The notes under the pieces are model-generated. The model made no database searches. It was not told where the DNA came from and worked only from the letters and a program-made list of their open reading frames with translations. A program made the position numbers and the translations under genes. Of a stretch of 64,000 nt of DNA, positions 42,810-50,818 are shown piece after piece (position 1 is the first letter of the stretch; each line of letters opens with the position of its first letter). The stretch is from Solidesulfovibrio sp. DCME (GTDB taxonomy: Bacteria; Desulfobacterota; Desulfovibrionia; Desulfovibrionales; Desulfovibrionaceae), in NCBI RefSeq assembly GCF_049995385.1, contig NZ_CP188261.1, positions 1,311,724-1,375,723 of the forward strand, in the 5' to 3' direction.

Positions 42810-44801
42810 TCATTGCCCGCCCAGAAGCAGCGGCAAAAACGGCAGGGTCGGGCCGCCCGAGGCCGGGGCCGGGTGGGCCAGGTAGTATTCCTGGACCGAC
42901 TGGATCCAGTACCAGCTGTCGGTGGGCGGCTGGCCGGTGCCGTGGGTGCTGTCGCCGACGCCGGCGCCGAAAAGGGCCGCGATAACGCCGTACGCCGGCA
43001 GGGCGCTTATGTGCTCGCCCCAGGTCACGGTCAGGCCGCTAGCCGAGAGGGCCGTGTCGCCGGCCTTGTTCTGGGCGAAGTAATCGGCCCGCAGGCTTGT
43101 CGCTTCGCGTACGGTGTCGCCCAGGAAATAGGTGGCGCAACTGTCCTCGTAGTGCTGGGAGGTGTTGGCCAGGTCCGGAAAGGGCTCGCCCGTGCGCACG
43201 CTGACCCGGGAGGTGGCGTTTACGCGGCCCAGGGGCAGCTGCCACAGCACCATGGGCTTGCCCGTGGCCTGGCCCAGGGTCTGGACGAACAGCAGATAAT
43301 TGTTCCAGTGGTCGCTGTTCCAAAACCAGGTCGAATTGGCCGGATCGTCGGGCGATTGTATGCCGGCGTCGAGGCCGTACTTGTCGATGGACACGAAGTC
43401 CGCGCCGCTGGTCAGGATGCCGGCGGACAGGGCATAGGCGGCGATCGCCTGGGCCACGCTCACGATGGTCTGCCGGCCGACCGTCCAGCCCTGGTCGTTG
43501 TCGTCGGTGCGGCGGATGACACCGCGCGCCCCCGTGCCCGTGGGCGAGGCCCAGAGGTTGAGCTGCCAGCCGAAGACCACGTTGCCGCCGTCGGCCCGGA
43601 CCTGGGCGTTGATGCGCTTGACCGTGTCGACGAGTGTGCCGTCGGCGGTGGTGATGGCCGACGGGGCCAGGCCGGAATTTTGCTGCATGTAGCCGAGGAA
43701 GTCCGGTTCGAGGATCACGCCGTAGAGCTCGCCCTGCATGACGGCCGTGACCTGGGACAGGAACAGGGCCAGATTGGCGTAATAGGCCGTCATGTAGTCG
43801 GCGTCCTGGACGTGGGCCAGGTCCGTGTAATAGCTCTCGCCGCCGTCGGGGATGTTGTAGAACACGAAAAAGGGAACGAGCCCCAAAACGAGGCTTTCCT
43901 TGGCATAGGAGGTGGCCCGGTCCGGGTCCCAGGAGGACCAGCCGCTGATGGGGCCGCCGTTGATGTAGATGTAGCGGATGTCGGCCCGGGTGCCGGCCTT
44001 GCCCGGTTCGTGGCCGCGCCAGAAGGACAGGTCGGCGTCGGTGTCCTCGGACACCGAACCGATGGCCACCGGCCCCGGCAGGCCCGGCAGGGCGCCGGCG
44101 GCCGTGTCGATGCGAAGCCCGACGTACAGGACCGAGGCGTCGGCGAAGGTCAGGCGCAGGCCCGTGCGGCCGGCGGCGCGCCCCGTCACCGCCAGCGCCC
44201 CGTCGGCCAGGCTCAGCCGGGCCACGTCGGGATTGCGGGCCGTGACGGCCGTGACGGCCTTGTCGAAGGTGAAAGTGCGCGTCTGGCCGACCCGGGCGTG
44301 GACCTGCAACGGGGTGTTGCCGCCGCTGGTGAAGGTCGTCCCGTCCCGGTCGGCCGTGATGCGGGAGTCGGCTGTGGTGGTCGTGGTGGTCGTCGTCGTG
44401 GTGCAGTCCGTGCACCAGGAGCCGGTCACCTCCAGGGCGGCGGGGGCGGCGATGCCGCCGGGCGTCACGGACAGGCCCACGGTCACCGAGGCGCCCGGGG
44501 CGATGGTGGCATTCCAGGTCGCCGGGCCGAAGACGAGCTTGCCGTCCTGGTCGTCCAGGCGGGTCGCCTCCCAGCTGCTGGTCACGGTGCCGGCCAGGCT
44601 GAAGGAAAGCCGCCAGTCGGTGAGGCTGCGCGAGGAGTCGGTGTTGGTGATGGTCACGCCGGCCGTGCAGCCCGTGCCCCAGTCCTGGGTCAGGGCGAAG
44701 CTGGCGGTGACGCCGTCCAGGGCCAGGGCGGCGGCGGGGGGCAGGCCGCCGGCAAGAAGCAGGAGCACAAGGGCCGGCCAGCAGGCGGGGCGGATACGCA
44801 T
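42810..44801 (-). CDS. secreted CBM2-like carbohydrate-binding module, poly-Thr linker, then an uncharacterised (glycoside-hydrolase-like?) domain
   Basis: Track ORF trimmed to ATG 44801 (GGGAG upstream). Signal peptide present. A CBM2-like pattern follows (FALTQDWGTGCTAGVTITNT...WRLSF...WNATIAPGASVTVG...GSWCTDC). Then a T10 linker and about 480 aa with ILEPDFLGY, WQLNLW and LWQLPLG. Confidence 0.65.
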   Translation of the reverse strand: MRIRPACWPALVLLLLAGGLPPAAALALDGVTASFALTQDWGTGCTAGVTITNTDSSRSLTDWRLSFSLAGTVTSSWEATRLDDQDGKLVFGPATWNATIAPGASVTVGLSVTPGGIAAPAALEVTGSWCTDCTTTTTTTTTTADSRITADRDGTTFTSGGNTPLQVHARVGQTRTFTFDKAVTAVTARNPDVARLSLADGALAVTGRAAGRTGLRLTFADASVLYVGLRIDTAAGALPGLPGPVAIGSVSEDTDADLSFWRGHEPGKAGTRADIRYIYINGGPISGWSSWDPDRATSYAKESLVLGLVPFFVFYNIPDGGESYYTDLAHVQDADYMTAYYANLALFLSQVTAVMQGELYGVILEPDFLGYMQQNSGLAPSAITTADGTLVDTVKRINAQVRADGGNVVFGWQLNLWASPTGTGARGVIRRTDDNDQGWTVGRQTIVSVAQAIAAYALSAGILTSGADFVSIDKYGLDAGIQSPDDPANSTWFWNSDHWNNYLLFVQTLGQATGKPMVLWQLPLGRVNATSRVSVRTGEPFPDLANTSQHYEDSCATYFLGDTVREATSLRADYFAQNKAGDTALSASGLTVTWGEHISALPAYGVIAALFGAGVGDSTHGTGQPPTDSWYWIQSVQEYYLAHPAPASGGPTLPFLPLLLGGQ

Positions 44802-44865
44802 GGGCAACTCCCAGAGGTTGGATGGAGGCGCGGGGCCGCCTCGAACAAAGCCTGGAAATTTGTCA

Positions 44866-44881
44866 TGCAAATATCCAGCCA
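44866..44881 (-). promoter_or_regulatory. sigma54-type -24/-12 promoter candidate
   Basis: The minus strand reads TGGCTGGATATTTGCA, matching TGGCAC-N5-TTGCW. The -12 C lies 66 nt upstream of ATG 44801. Confidence 0.5.
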
Positions 44882-44912
44882 AAAAGGAAACGGCCCGGCC
44901 GGCCCCGGGCCG
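44881..44912 (-). terminator. rho-independent terminator (minus strand)
   Basis: An 8-bp GC stem (44891-44912) is followed on the minus strand by TTTCCTTTTT. It sits immediately upstream of the sigma54 candidate. Confidence 0.55.
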
Positions 44913-45001
44913 GCCGCCGCACTCCACCGGGACTGGATCGTGGGCCGGTCGGGCCACCGGGAGCGGGCCTCGCGGGGAGGGCGGCCTCGGCCAGCCAGGG
45001 G

Positions 45002-45158
45002 CCGTCGGCCAGGCGTGGAGGGGCGCAACGGCGTCGGCATTCGCCACCAACATCGGCGGTACTCGTCGGCCAGGCGGGAAGGGGCGCAACGGACCGACGC
45101 GCTGCGGTCCAACTCTCGCCGGCCCGTCGGCCGCGCCCCCACTCACGCAACGGGCGTA
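45002..45158. repeat. three phased direct repeats (61-nt period)
   Basis: Units: cgtcggccaggcgtggaggggcgcaacgg (45002), cgtcggccaggcgggaaggggcgcaacgg (45063) and the degenerate cgtcggccgcgcccccactcacgcaacgg (45124). Confidence 0.6.
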
Positions 45159-45344
45159 TTGCATCGCAGCGGAAGCGGTACGCGGCCACGGACGCACCGT
45201 GGGCAGGCTCCTCGATCGTGCCGGGCTCGCCCGCCGGCCATGCGCCCAAGGACGCGACCGGCGACATCGGCCGGGCAGGGCCGCCCTGTCTCGCGCGCCC
45301 AGCGGCGCTGACGGGCGTCTGGGCGAGCGCCGGGCGAAGCGGGA

Positions 45345-45668
45345 TCAGGGGGTGGTGACGGGGAGCAGCTTGCCCGGGTGGCCGGCCTTGTACTGGGCCA
45401 GTTCCTGGTCGTAGCGCTTGTAGTCGGAAAGCGCGTGTTCCTTGGCCTGGTGGTAGCGCTCCTGGGCTTCGAGGTTGCCTTCGCGTCGGGCGTCCTCTTC
45501 GGCCTGGGCGTAGCTCAAATAGGCGTTCTGGCTGGATTTGACCTTTTCGGCCAGCATGAAGCCGGGATCATGGGTGATCTTGGCGCTACAGCCCCAAAGC
45601 AAGGCGCAAACGAGCAGGCCGCCCACGCAGGCGGCCCCGAGACGATGGAGAAAAACGGATTTTGCCAT
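45345..45668 (-). CDS. lipoprotein, hypothetical
   Basis: 107 aa with a signal peptide ending in the lipobox LLWGC. The mature part is a charged helical segment. Confidence 0.65.
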   Translation of the reverse strand: MAKSVFLHRLGAACVGGLLVCALLWGCSAKITHDPGFMLAEKVKSSQNAYLSYAQAEEDARREGNLEAQERYHQAKEHALSDYKRYDQELAQYKAGHPGKLLPVTTP

Positions 45669-45717
45669 GGCAGTTCACGTGTCGGTCGGCGCAAGCCGGC
45701 GGAAAGACTTGTCGGCG

Positions 45718-45984
45718 TTACAGCCGGATGTTGACGATGCCTCCCAGTGGGACTTCCACCACGCCGGCGGCGACGGGTTGGGTGTTGCCGGCCGGGGTGG
45801 TGTCCACATGGCCGCCTGGAGGCACTTCCACCGATCCCGTCGGCGGCGTCGTCTGCACGGCACCGGCCGGTGACGGGGTCACGAAACCGGGGGGCAGGGC
45901 CTCGAAACGGCCAGGGGGCAGGGCCTCGATGTGGCCGGAGGGGTTCGCTTCCACATGTCCGGCGGGGGTGACGGCGTCGGGCAT
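45718..45984 (-). CDS. small Pro/Gly-rich protein built of ~8-residue repeats
   Basis: ATG 45984 with GAGGAGGA 6 nt upstream. 88 aa with about ten P-x-G-x-(V/I)-(E/D/Q)-x-x units. No signal peptide. Confidence 0.5.
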   Translation of the reverse strand: MPDAVTPAGHVEANPSGHIEALPPGRFEALPPGFVTPSPAGAVQTTPPTGSVEVPPGGHVDTTPAGNTQPVAAGVVEVPLGGIVNIRL

Positions 45985-46071
45985 GGCGCATCCTCCTCGG
46001 ACGTGAGCCGTCCTTGTGCGGGACTATGCCCCATTTCCCCGGGCGAGGCAATGTCGGCCCGGGGGGGCGGA

Positions 46072-47241
46072 TCAGGCGGCGCGGGCGACCTTTTTCGGGC
46101 GCACCAGGGTCTCGGCGGCCAGGCCGGCCAGGTAGAGCACGCCGCGCAGCAGCAAGGGATAGCGGGCAGGCGGCGCTTGGCCGGCCGCTTCCTCCATGGG
46201 CACGATATCGTCGGGGCGGCGTCCGGCGGCCAGGCGGCGCTGGAGGGCCCGGGCTTCTTCATTACGATTGTTTAAGGCCAGGCTCTTGCCGGCGGCCCGC
46301 CGGGCCAGGTCCGGGCGGCGCAGGAAATGGTAGGCCCTTGACAGGCCCAGGTAGATGTCGGCGTTTTTCGGGGCCAGTTCCAGGGCGTGGCGATAGAGCA
46401 TCACGGCGGCGGTGTAGTGGCGCTCGCGCACCAGTTCGTTGCCCAGGGCCAGGAAGGGGTTGTAGCCGGCCTCGTCCTCGCCAAGGAGGGTGAGGAACTG
46501 GTCGCGCAGTTCCACGAACCGGCTGGCCCGGGCGCAGGCCGAGGCCGCTTCCTTCATGTAATGGCGGTACTGCCGGGTGCTGCCCTTGGCCTTCCAGGCC
46601 CGGGCCAGGCCGAGGTAGGCTTCGACAAACAGCGTGTTGACGGCCAGAGCCTTGTGGAAGGCCAGGATGGCGCGTTCCATGTCCCGGGCGGCCAGGGCGG
46701 CCATGCCTTCCTCGAAATAGCGCGGGGCGTCGTCGGGCAGTCGGGTCACGGCCTCGTAGGCGTCCCTGGCGGCCTCGGGGTCGCCGGCGGCCTCCTTGGC
46801 GGCGGCCCGGGCCAGGGCGGCCTTCTCGGCGGCGGCGAAGCGGGCCATGTGGGCGGCCATGGTCAGGTGCTTGCGGAAGGTGTCCTCGGAGTAGGGGCGC
46901 AGGCAGATGCCGGCCGCGCCGAGCTTGACCGCGGACAGGACGTCGGCCCGACGGGCGTCGACCATGGTCAGGATGACCGGGATGTGGGCCAGGGCCGGAT
47001 CGGCCTTGACCGCCGCGACGAAGGACCGGGCGTCCATGTCGGCCAGGCTCGCGTCGCACACGATGAGGTCGACCTCGCCCTTGCGGGCCATTTCCAGGGC
47101 CCTGGCGCCCGAGTCGGCGTGGTGCGTGCCGAAGATGCGGGCGCGCTTGAAGAATTCCCGGTCGATGCGGGCGTGGCCGTCGCTGGCGGTGACGATCAGG
47201 GGCGATCGGAAAAGCGTCGGGGGCGTATGGGGCGCGGTCAT
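46072..47241 (-). CDS. response-regulator receiver domain fused to TPR repeats
   Basis: Receiver motifs DLIVCDASLADMD and PVILTMV. The C-terminal half has TPR-like helical repeats (AYLGLARAWKAKG, IYLGLSRAYHFLRRPDLA). Confidence 0.75.
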   Translation of the reverse strand: MTAPHTPPTLFRSPLIVTASDGHARIDREFFKRARIFGTHHADSGARALEMARKGEVDLIVCDASLADMDARSFVAAVKADPALAHIPVILTMVDARRADVLSAVKLGAAGICLRPYSEDTFRKHLTMAAHMARFAAAEKAALARAAAKEAAGDPEAARDAYEAVTRLPDDAPRYFEEGMAALAARDMERAILAFHKALAVNTLFVEAYLGLARAWKAKGSTRQYRHYMKEAASACARASRFVELRDQFLTLLGEDEAGYNPFLALGNELVRERHYTAAVMLYRHALELAPKNADIYLGLSRAYHFLRRPDLARRAAGKSLALNNRNEEARALQRRLAAGRRPDDIVPMEEAAGQAPPARYPLLLRGVLYLAGLAAETLVRPKKVARAA

Positions 47242-47347
47242 GGCCGAATCCTCGCTGCGTCGTTTCCGGGGACGTTTCCCCCGGCACTGAGCGTATCGGC
47301 CATCGGCCCGGATGCTTTAGAGGCGAAATGATCCCTGGCCGAACGGC

Positions 47348-47386
47348 CAAAACAAGTCGCCCGCGGCCAGGGCCGGCCGCGGGCGA
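47348..47386 (-). terminator. rho-independent terminator of gap
   Basis: A 13-bp perfect stem, gtcgcccgcggcc/ggccgcgggcgac (47355-47386), is followed on the minus strand by TTGTTTT. Confidence 0.75.
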
Positions 47387-47417
47387 CGAAGGGTCGGAAA
47401 GGGCAAGGCGGAGCCGG

Positions 47418-48401
<984 letters not shown>

Positions 48402-48628
48402 ATGCGTGTCCTCCTGGGATGGTTCGTGTCGATGCCGCCGTACGCGGACGCTGTGCCCGCAAGCGTCCAAAATTATAGGCCGGTCAAGGTGTTGTGTCAA
48501 TATAACGACGCGGCGAACCCGGTTGCCCGCCGCTTTCGGGCCGCCTGGCCGCAGGGGGCCGCCGGCTGGCCGCCCGTGTGGCGCCCCCTTCAAAATACAG
48601 CGGTAGCCTTCGAGAAAATTGGGCCTTC

Positions 48629-49123
48629 TCAGGTGTTGTCCTCGAACAGCATGCGCCCCCTTCGCGGCCGCGGCACAAGGCCGGGCAGCCGCGCCGCCAG
48701 GGCGGCCAGGGCCAGCCCCAGATCCCAGGCGGCCAGGCTCGACAGGGGCCTCGCGGCGTAGAAATTGCGCACCGATTCGGCCGTGGTGGCGGCGTAGGTG
48801 GGAAAGGGCCCGAGAAACGGCCACAGCAGGGCCTCGGGCTTGACCAGGTCGCACAGCCCGTGCAGCCCCCAGAAAAAAGCGGCCACGTACGGCCAGCTCC
48901 CCGGCAGGGAAAAGCGGCGGCAGGCCCAGGCGAAGGCCGCCAGGAAGGCCAGGCCGCCAAGCAGGCTGTGGGCGATGCCGTGGCCGGGCAGATCGAAAAG
49001 GAGCTTGAGGGGCTTGTCGATCCAGTCCGGGCCGAAGGCGGCGATCAGGCAAAAGGGCAGGCCCGCCCGGCGAAACAGGCACTGTGCGCCAAGCGAGCCC
49101 GCCCCGAGATGGCCAAGGACCAC
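48629..49123 (-). CDS. membrane-bound metal-dependent hydrolase (YdjM/DUF457-like)
   Basis: 164 aa, polytopic, with the His-containing motifs GHLG and PGHGIAHS. Family assignment is tentative. Confidence 0.5.
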   Translation of the reverse strand: MVLGHLGAGSLGAQCLFRRAGLPFCLIAAFGPDWIDKPLKLLFDLPGHGIAHSLLGGLAFLAAFAWACRRFSLPGSWPYVAAFFWGLHGLCDLVKPEALLWPFLGPFPTYAATTAESVRNFYAARPLSSLAAWDLGLALAALAARLPGLVPRPRRGRMLFEDNT

Positions 49124-49132
49124 GGCCGGCCC

Positions 49133-49765
49133 CTACTTGGGCAACAGCCAGGAATCGTCGATTTCAAAAAGCGGAAAGGCCGGCTGGGGCTCGGGCGTGC
49201 CGCGGACCAGCCCGTCGTAGCAGGCGCGTTCCTGGGCGATGGCCCCGTTGTCGGTGATGCGGATGATGTTGCCGGCGGTTTCCTCGTCGTTTGCTGTTTC
49301 GAAGTGCTCGAGCAGGATGTCGGTGCCCGTGGGCTTGTTGGTGCCGAAAAGCCAGCGCAGTCCTTTGTACTTGCTGTCTTTCTTGCCGGTCACCGGCAGG
49401 GGCACGCCGTAGCGGGCGGTCAGTTCCTTGGCCAGCTTGTTGAAAAGGGCCAGGGAGCCGTCCTTGTATTTGAGCCGTACCCGTTCCACCCGGTTGGTGG
49501 TGGCGCAGCCGCCGAGGATCACGTAACCGGCGGCAAAGCCCTTGGTGGGCTTGAGGTTGGCCCGGATAAGCCAGGGCCGGTCCCACAGCGGGGCCAGCCG
49601 GGACAGGTCCAGGCGGTCGCGCAGGCTTTCGGCGTCGGCGCCGATGGTGAGGCCGGCGATCTCGGTGGGCGCCTTGGCCGCGGCCACGGCCGGGGCGGGG
49701 CGGACGGTCAAGGCGGCCAGGGCCAGGACGGCGGTCAGGGCGAGGGGGGCCAGGCGGCGGTGCAT
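49133..49765 (-). CDS. secreted hypothetical protein
   Basis: Track ORF trimmed to ATG 49765 (AAGGAG upstream). Signal peptide MHRRLAPLALTAVLALAALTVRPAPAVAA. Confidence 0.6.
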   Translation of the reverse strand: MHRRLAPLALTAVLALAALTVRPAPAVAAAKAPTEIAGLTIGADAESLRDRLDLSRLAPLWDRPWLIRANLKPTKGFAAGYVILGGCATTNRVERVRLKYKDGSLALFNKLAKELTARYGVPLPVTGKKDSKYKGLRWLFGTNKPTGTDILLEHFETANDEETAGNIIRITDNGAIAQERACYDGLVRGTPEPQPAFPLFEIDDSWLLPK

Positions 49766-49929
49766 GGGCGGCTCCTTGGGGGTCGTATGGGCTCGGCCTC
49801 CCACAAAGCCCGGCACCGGCCCGATTGTCAAGGTCCCGGGGTTGCCGGCCGGCCCGCCATGGCGTAGAACGCGCCCATATTTCCCGGGCGGTTGCGCCCG
49901 TCCGTTTCCATCCCAAGGAGAGCCCCATC

Positions 49930-50394
49930 ATGTCCAAAAAGGCTTTGCTGCTTGCCGTTGTGTTTGCCCTCGTCCTCCTGCGCGTTCCGGCCCAGGCCGC
50001 CTCGCCTTCCTCGGGTGGCGGCGCGGCCACCTTCGCCCACGCCTGGACCAGCTATTCGGAGAAGGAAAAGAAATCCTTCCTGTTCGGCTTGGCCACGGCC
50101 GCCCGGGCCATCTGTTCGGACCTGAGCACCTTCCAGAAGGATGCCAAACCCCAGGACATCGAGACCCATTTCCGCGACTGCTTCAACACCTACGCCGGCA
50201 TGGAGCCCGACCGGATCATCGCGGCCATGAACGCCTTGTACGCGGATTCCAAAAACGCCATGATCCCCATCGACGGCGCCTACCGCATCGCCATGATGCA
50301 GGTGCGCGGCGACAAGGTGGACGAGATCATCCTCCAGTCCCGCAAGTACGGCGAAGGCCTCAAAAAGCAGCTCGACCAGCAAAAGGGCCAATAG
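49930..50394 (+). CDS. secreted hypothetical protein
   Basis: Track ORF trimmed to ATG 49930 (AAGGAGAG upstream). Signal peptide MSKKALLLAVVFALVLLRVPAQA. Confidence 0.6.
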   Translation: MSKKALLLAVVFALVLLRVPAQAASPSSGGGAATFAHAWTSYSEKEKKSFLFGLATAARAICSDLSTFQKDAKPQDIETHFRDCFNTYAGMEPDRIIAAMNALYADSKNAMIPIDGAYRIAMMQVRGDKVDEIILQSRKYGEGLKKQLDQQKGQ

Positions 50395-50404
50395 CGCCTT
50401 TTCC

Positions 50405-50591
50405 GTCCGCGCCCCGCCCGCTGCCGGCCCGGGGCGCGGACACCCCCGCCCGCTGCCGGCCCGGGGCGCGGACACCCCCGCCCGCTGCCGGCCCGGGGCG
50501 CGGACACCCCCGCCCGCGCCAGGGATTCCCACTGGATGCCGGCGAACCTGCGCGTCAACGACCGACACCCCCGCCCGCGCCAGGGATTCCC
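50405..50591. repeat. tandem 32-nt repeat x3 plus a 28-nt direct repeat pair
   Basis: gctgccggcccggggcgcggacacccccgccc occurs at 50420, 50452 and 50484. gacacccccgcccgcgccagggattccc occurs at 50503 and 50564. An 11-bp hairpin, gtccgcgcccc/ggggcgcggac, spans 50405-50441. Confidence 0.85.
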
Positions 50592-50818
50592 TTGCCCGAG
50601 GCGGCCCCGCGCCCGGCGGCCATCCGTCCGGCACGTGCCCAGCCGGTGGTCGCGCGCCCAGGAAACACCCACACGGGGATTGCCCGTTCGCTCCCCCGTG
50701 CGCGACAAATTTCCGTCCGGGAACCATCCGTCGGTCAACCCGCGTCCGGTAACCGCCCGCCCGGCAGCCCCGACCCGACCATCCCGCGCCCGGGCAACGC
50801 CCGAGCCCCGGGGCCGGG

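Noticed and set aside
44372-44402. A ggt/cgt-rich repetitive DNA run inside the CBM2 gene, considered as a slippage-prone repeat.
   Set aside because: It simply encodes the poly-Thr inter-domain linker in frame. There is no evidence of phase variation from a single sequence.
45718-45984. The small repetitive ORF considered as a RiPP precursor peptide.
   Set aside because: No maturase, protease-transporter or radical-SAM gene is adjacent. The neighbours are a lipoprotein gene and a response regulator. There is no leader/core organisation.
50420-50515. A 32-nt direct repeat array considered as a possible CRISPR array.
   Set aside because: The units are head-to-tail with no spacers. There are only three copies and no cas genes in the window. 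It is a tandem repeat, not a CRISPR array.
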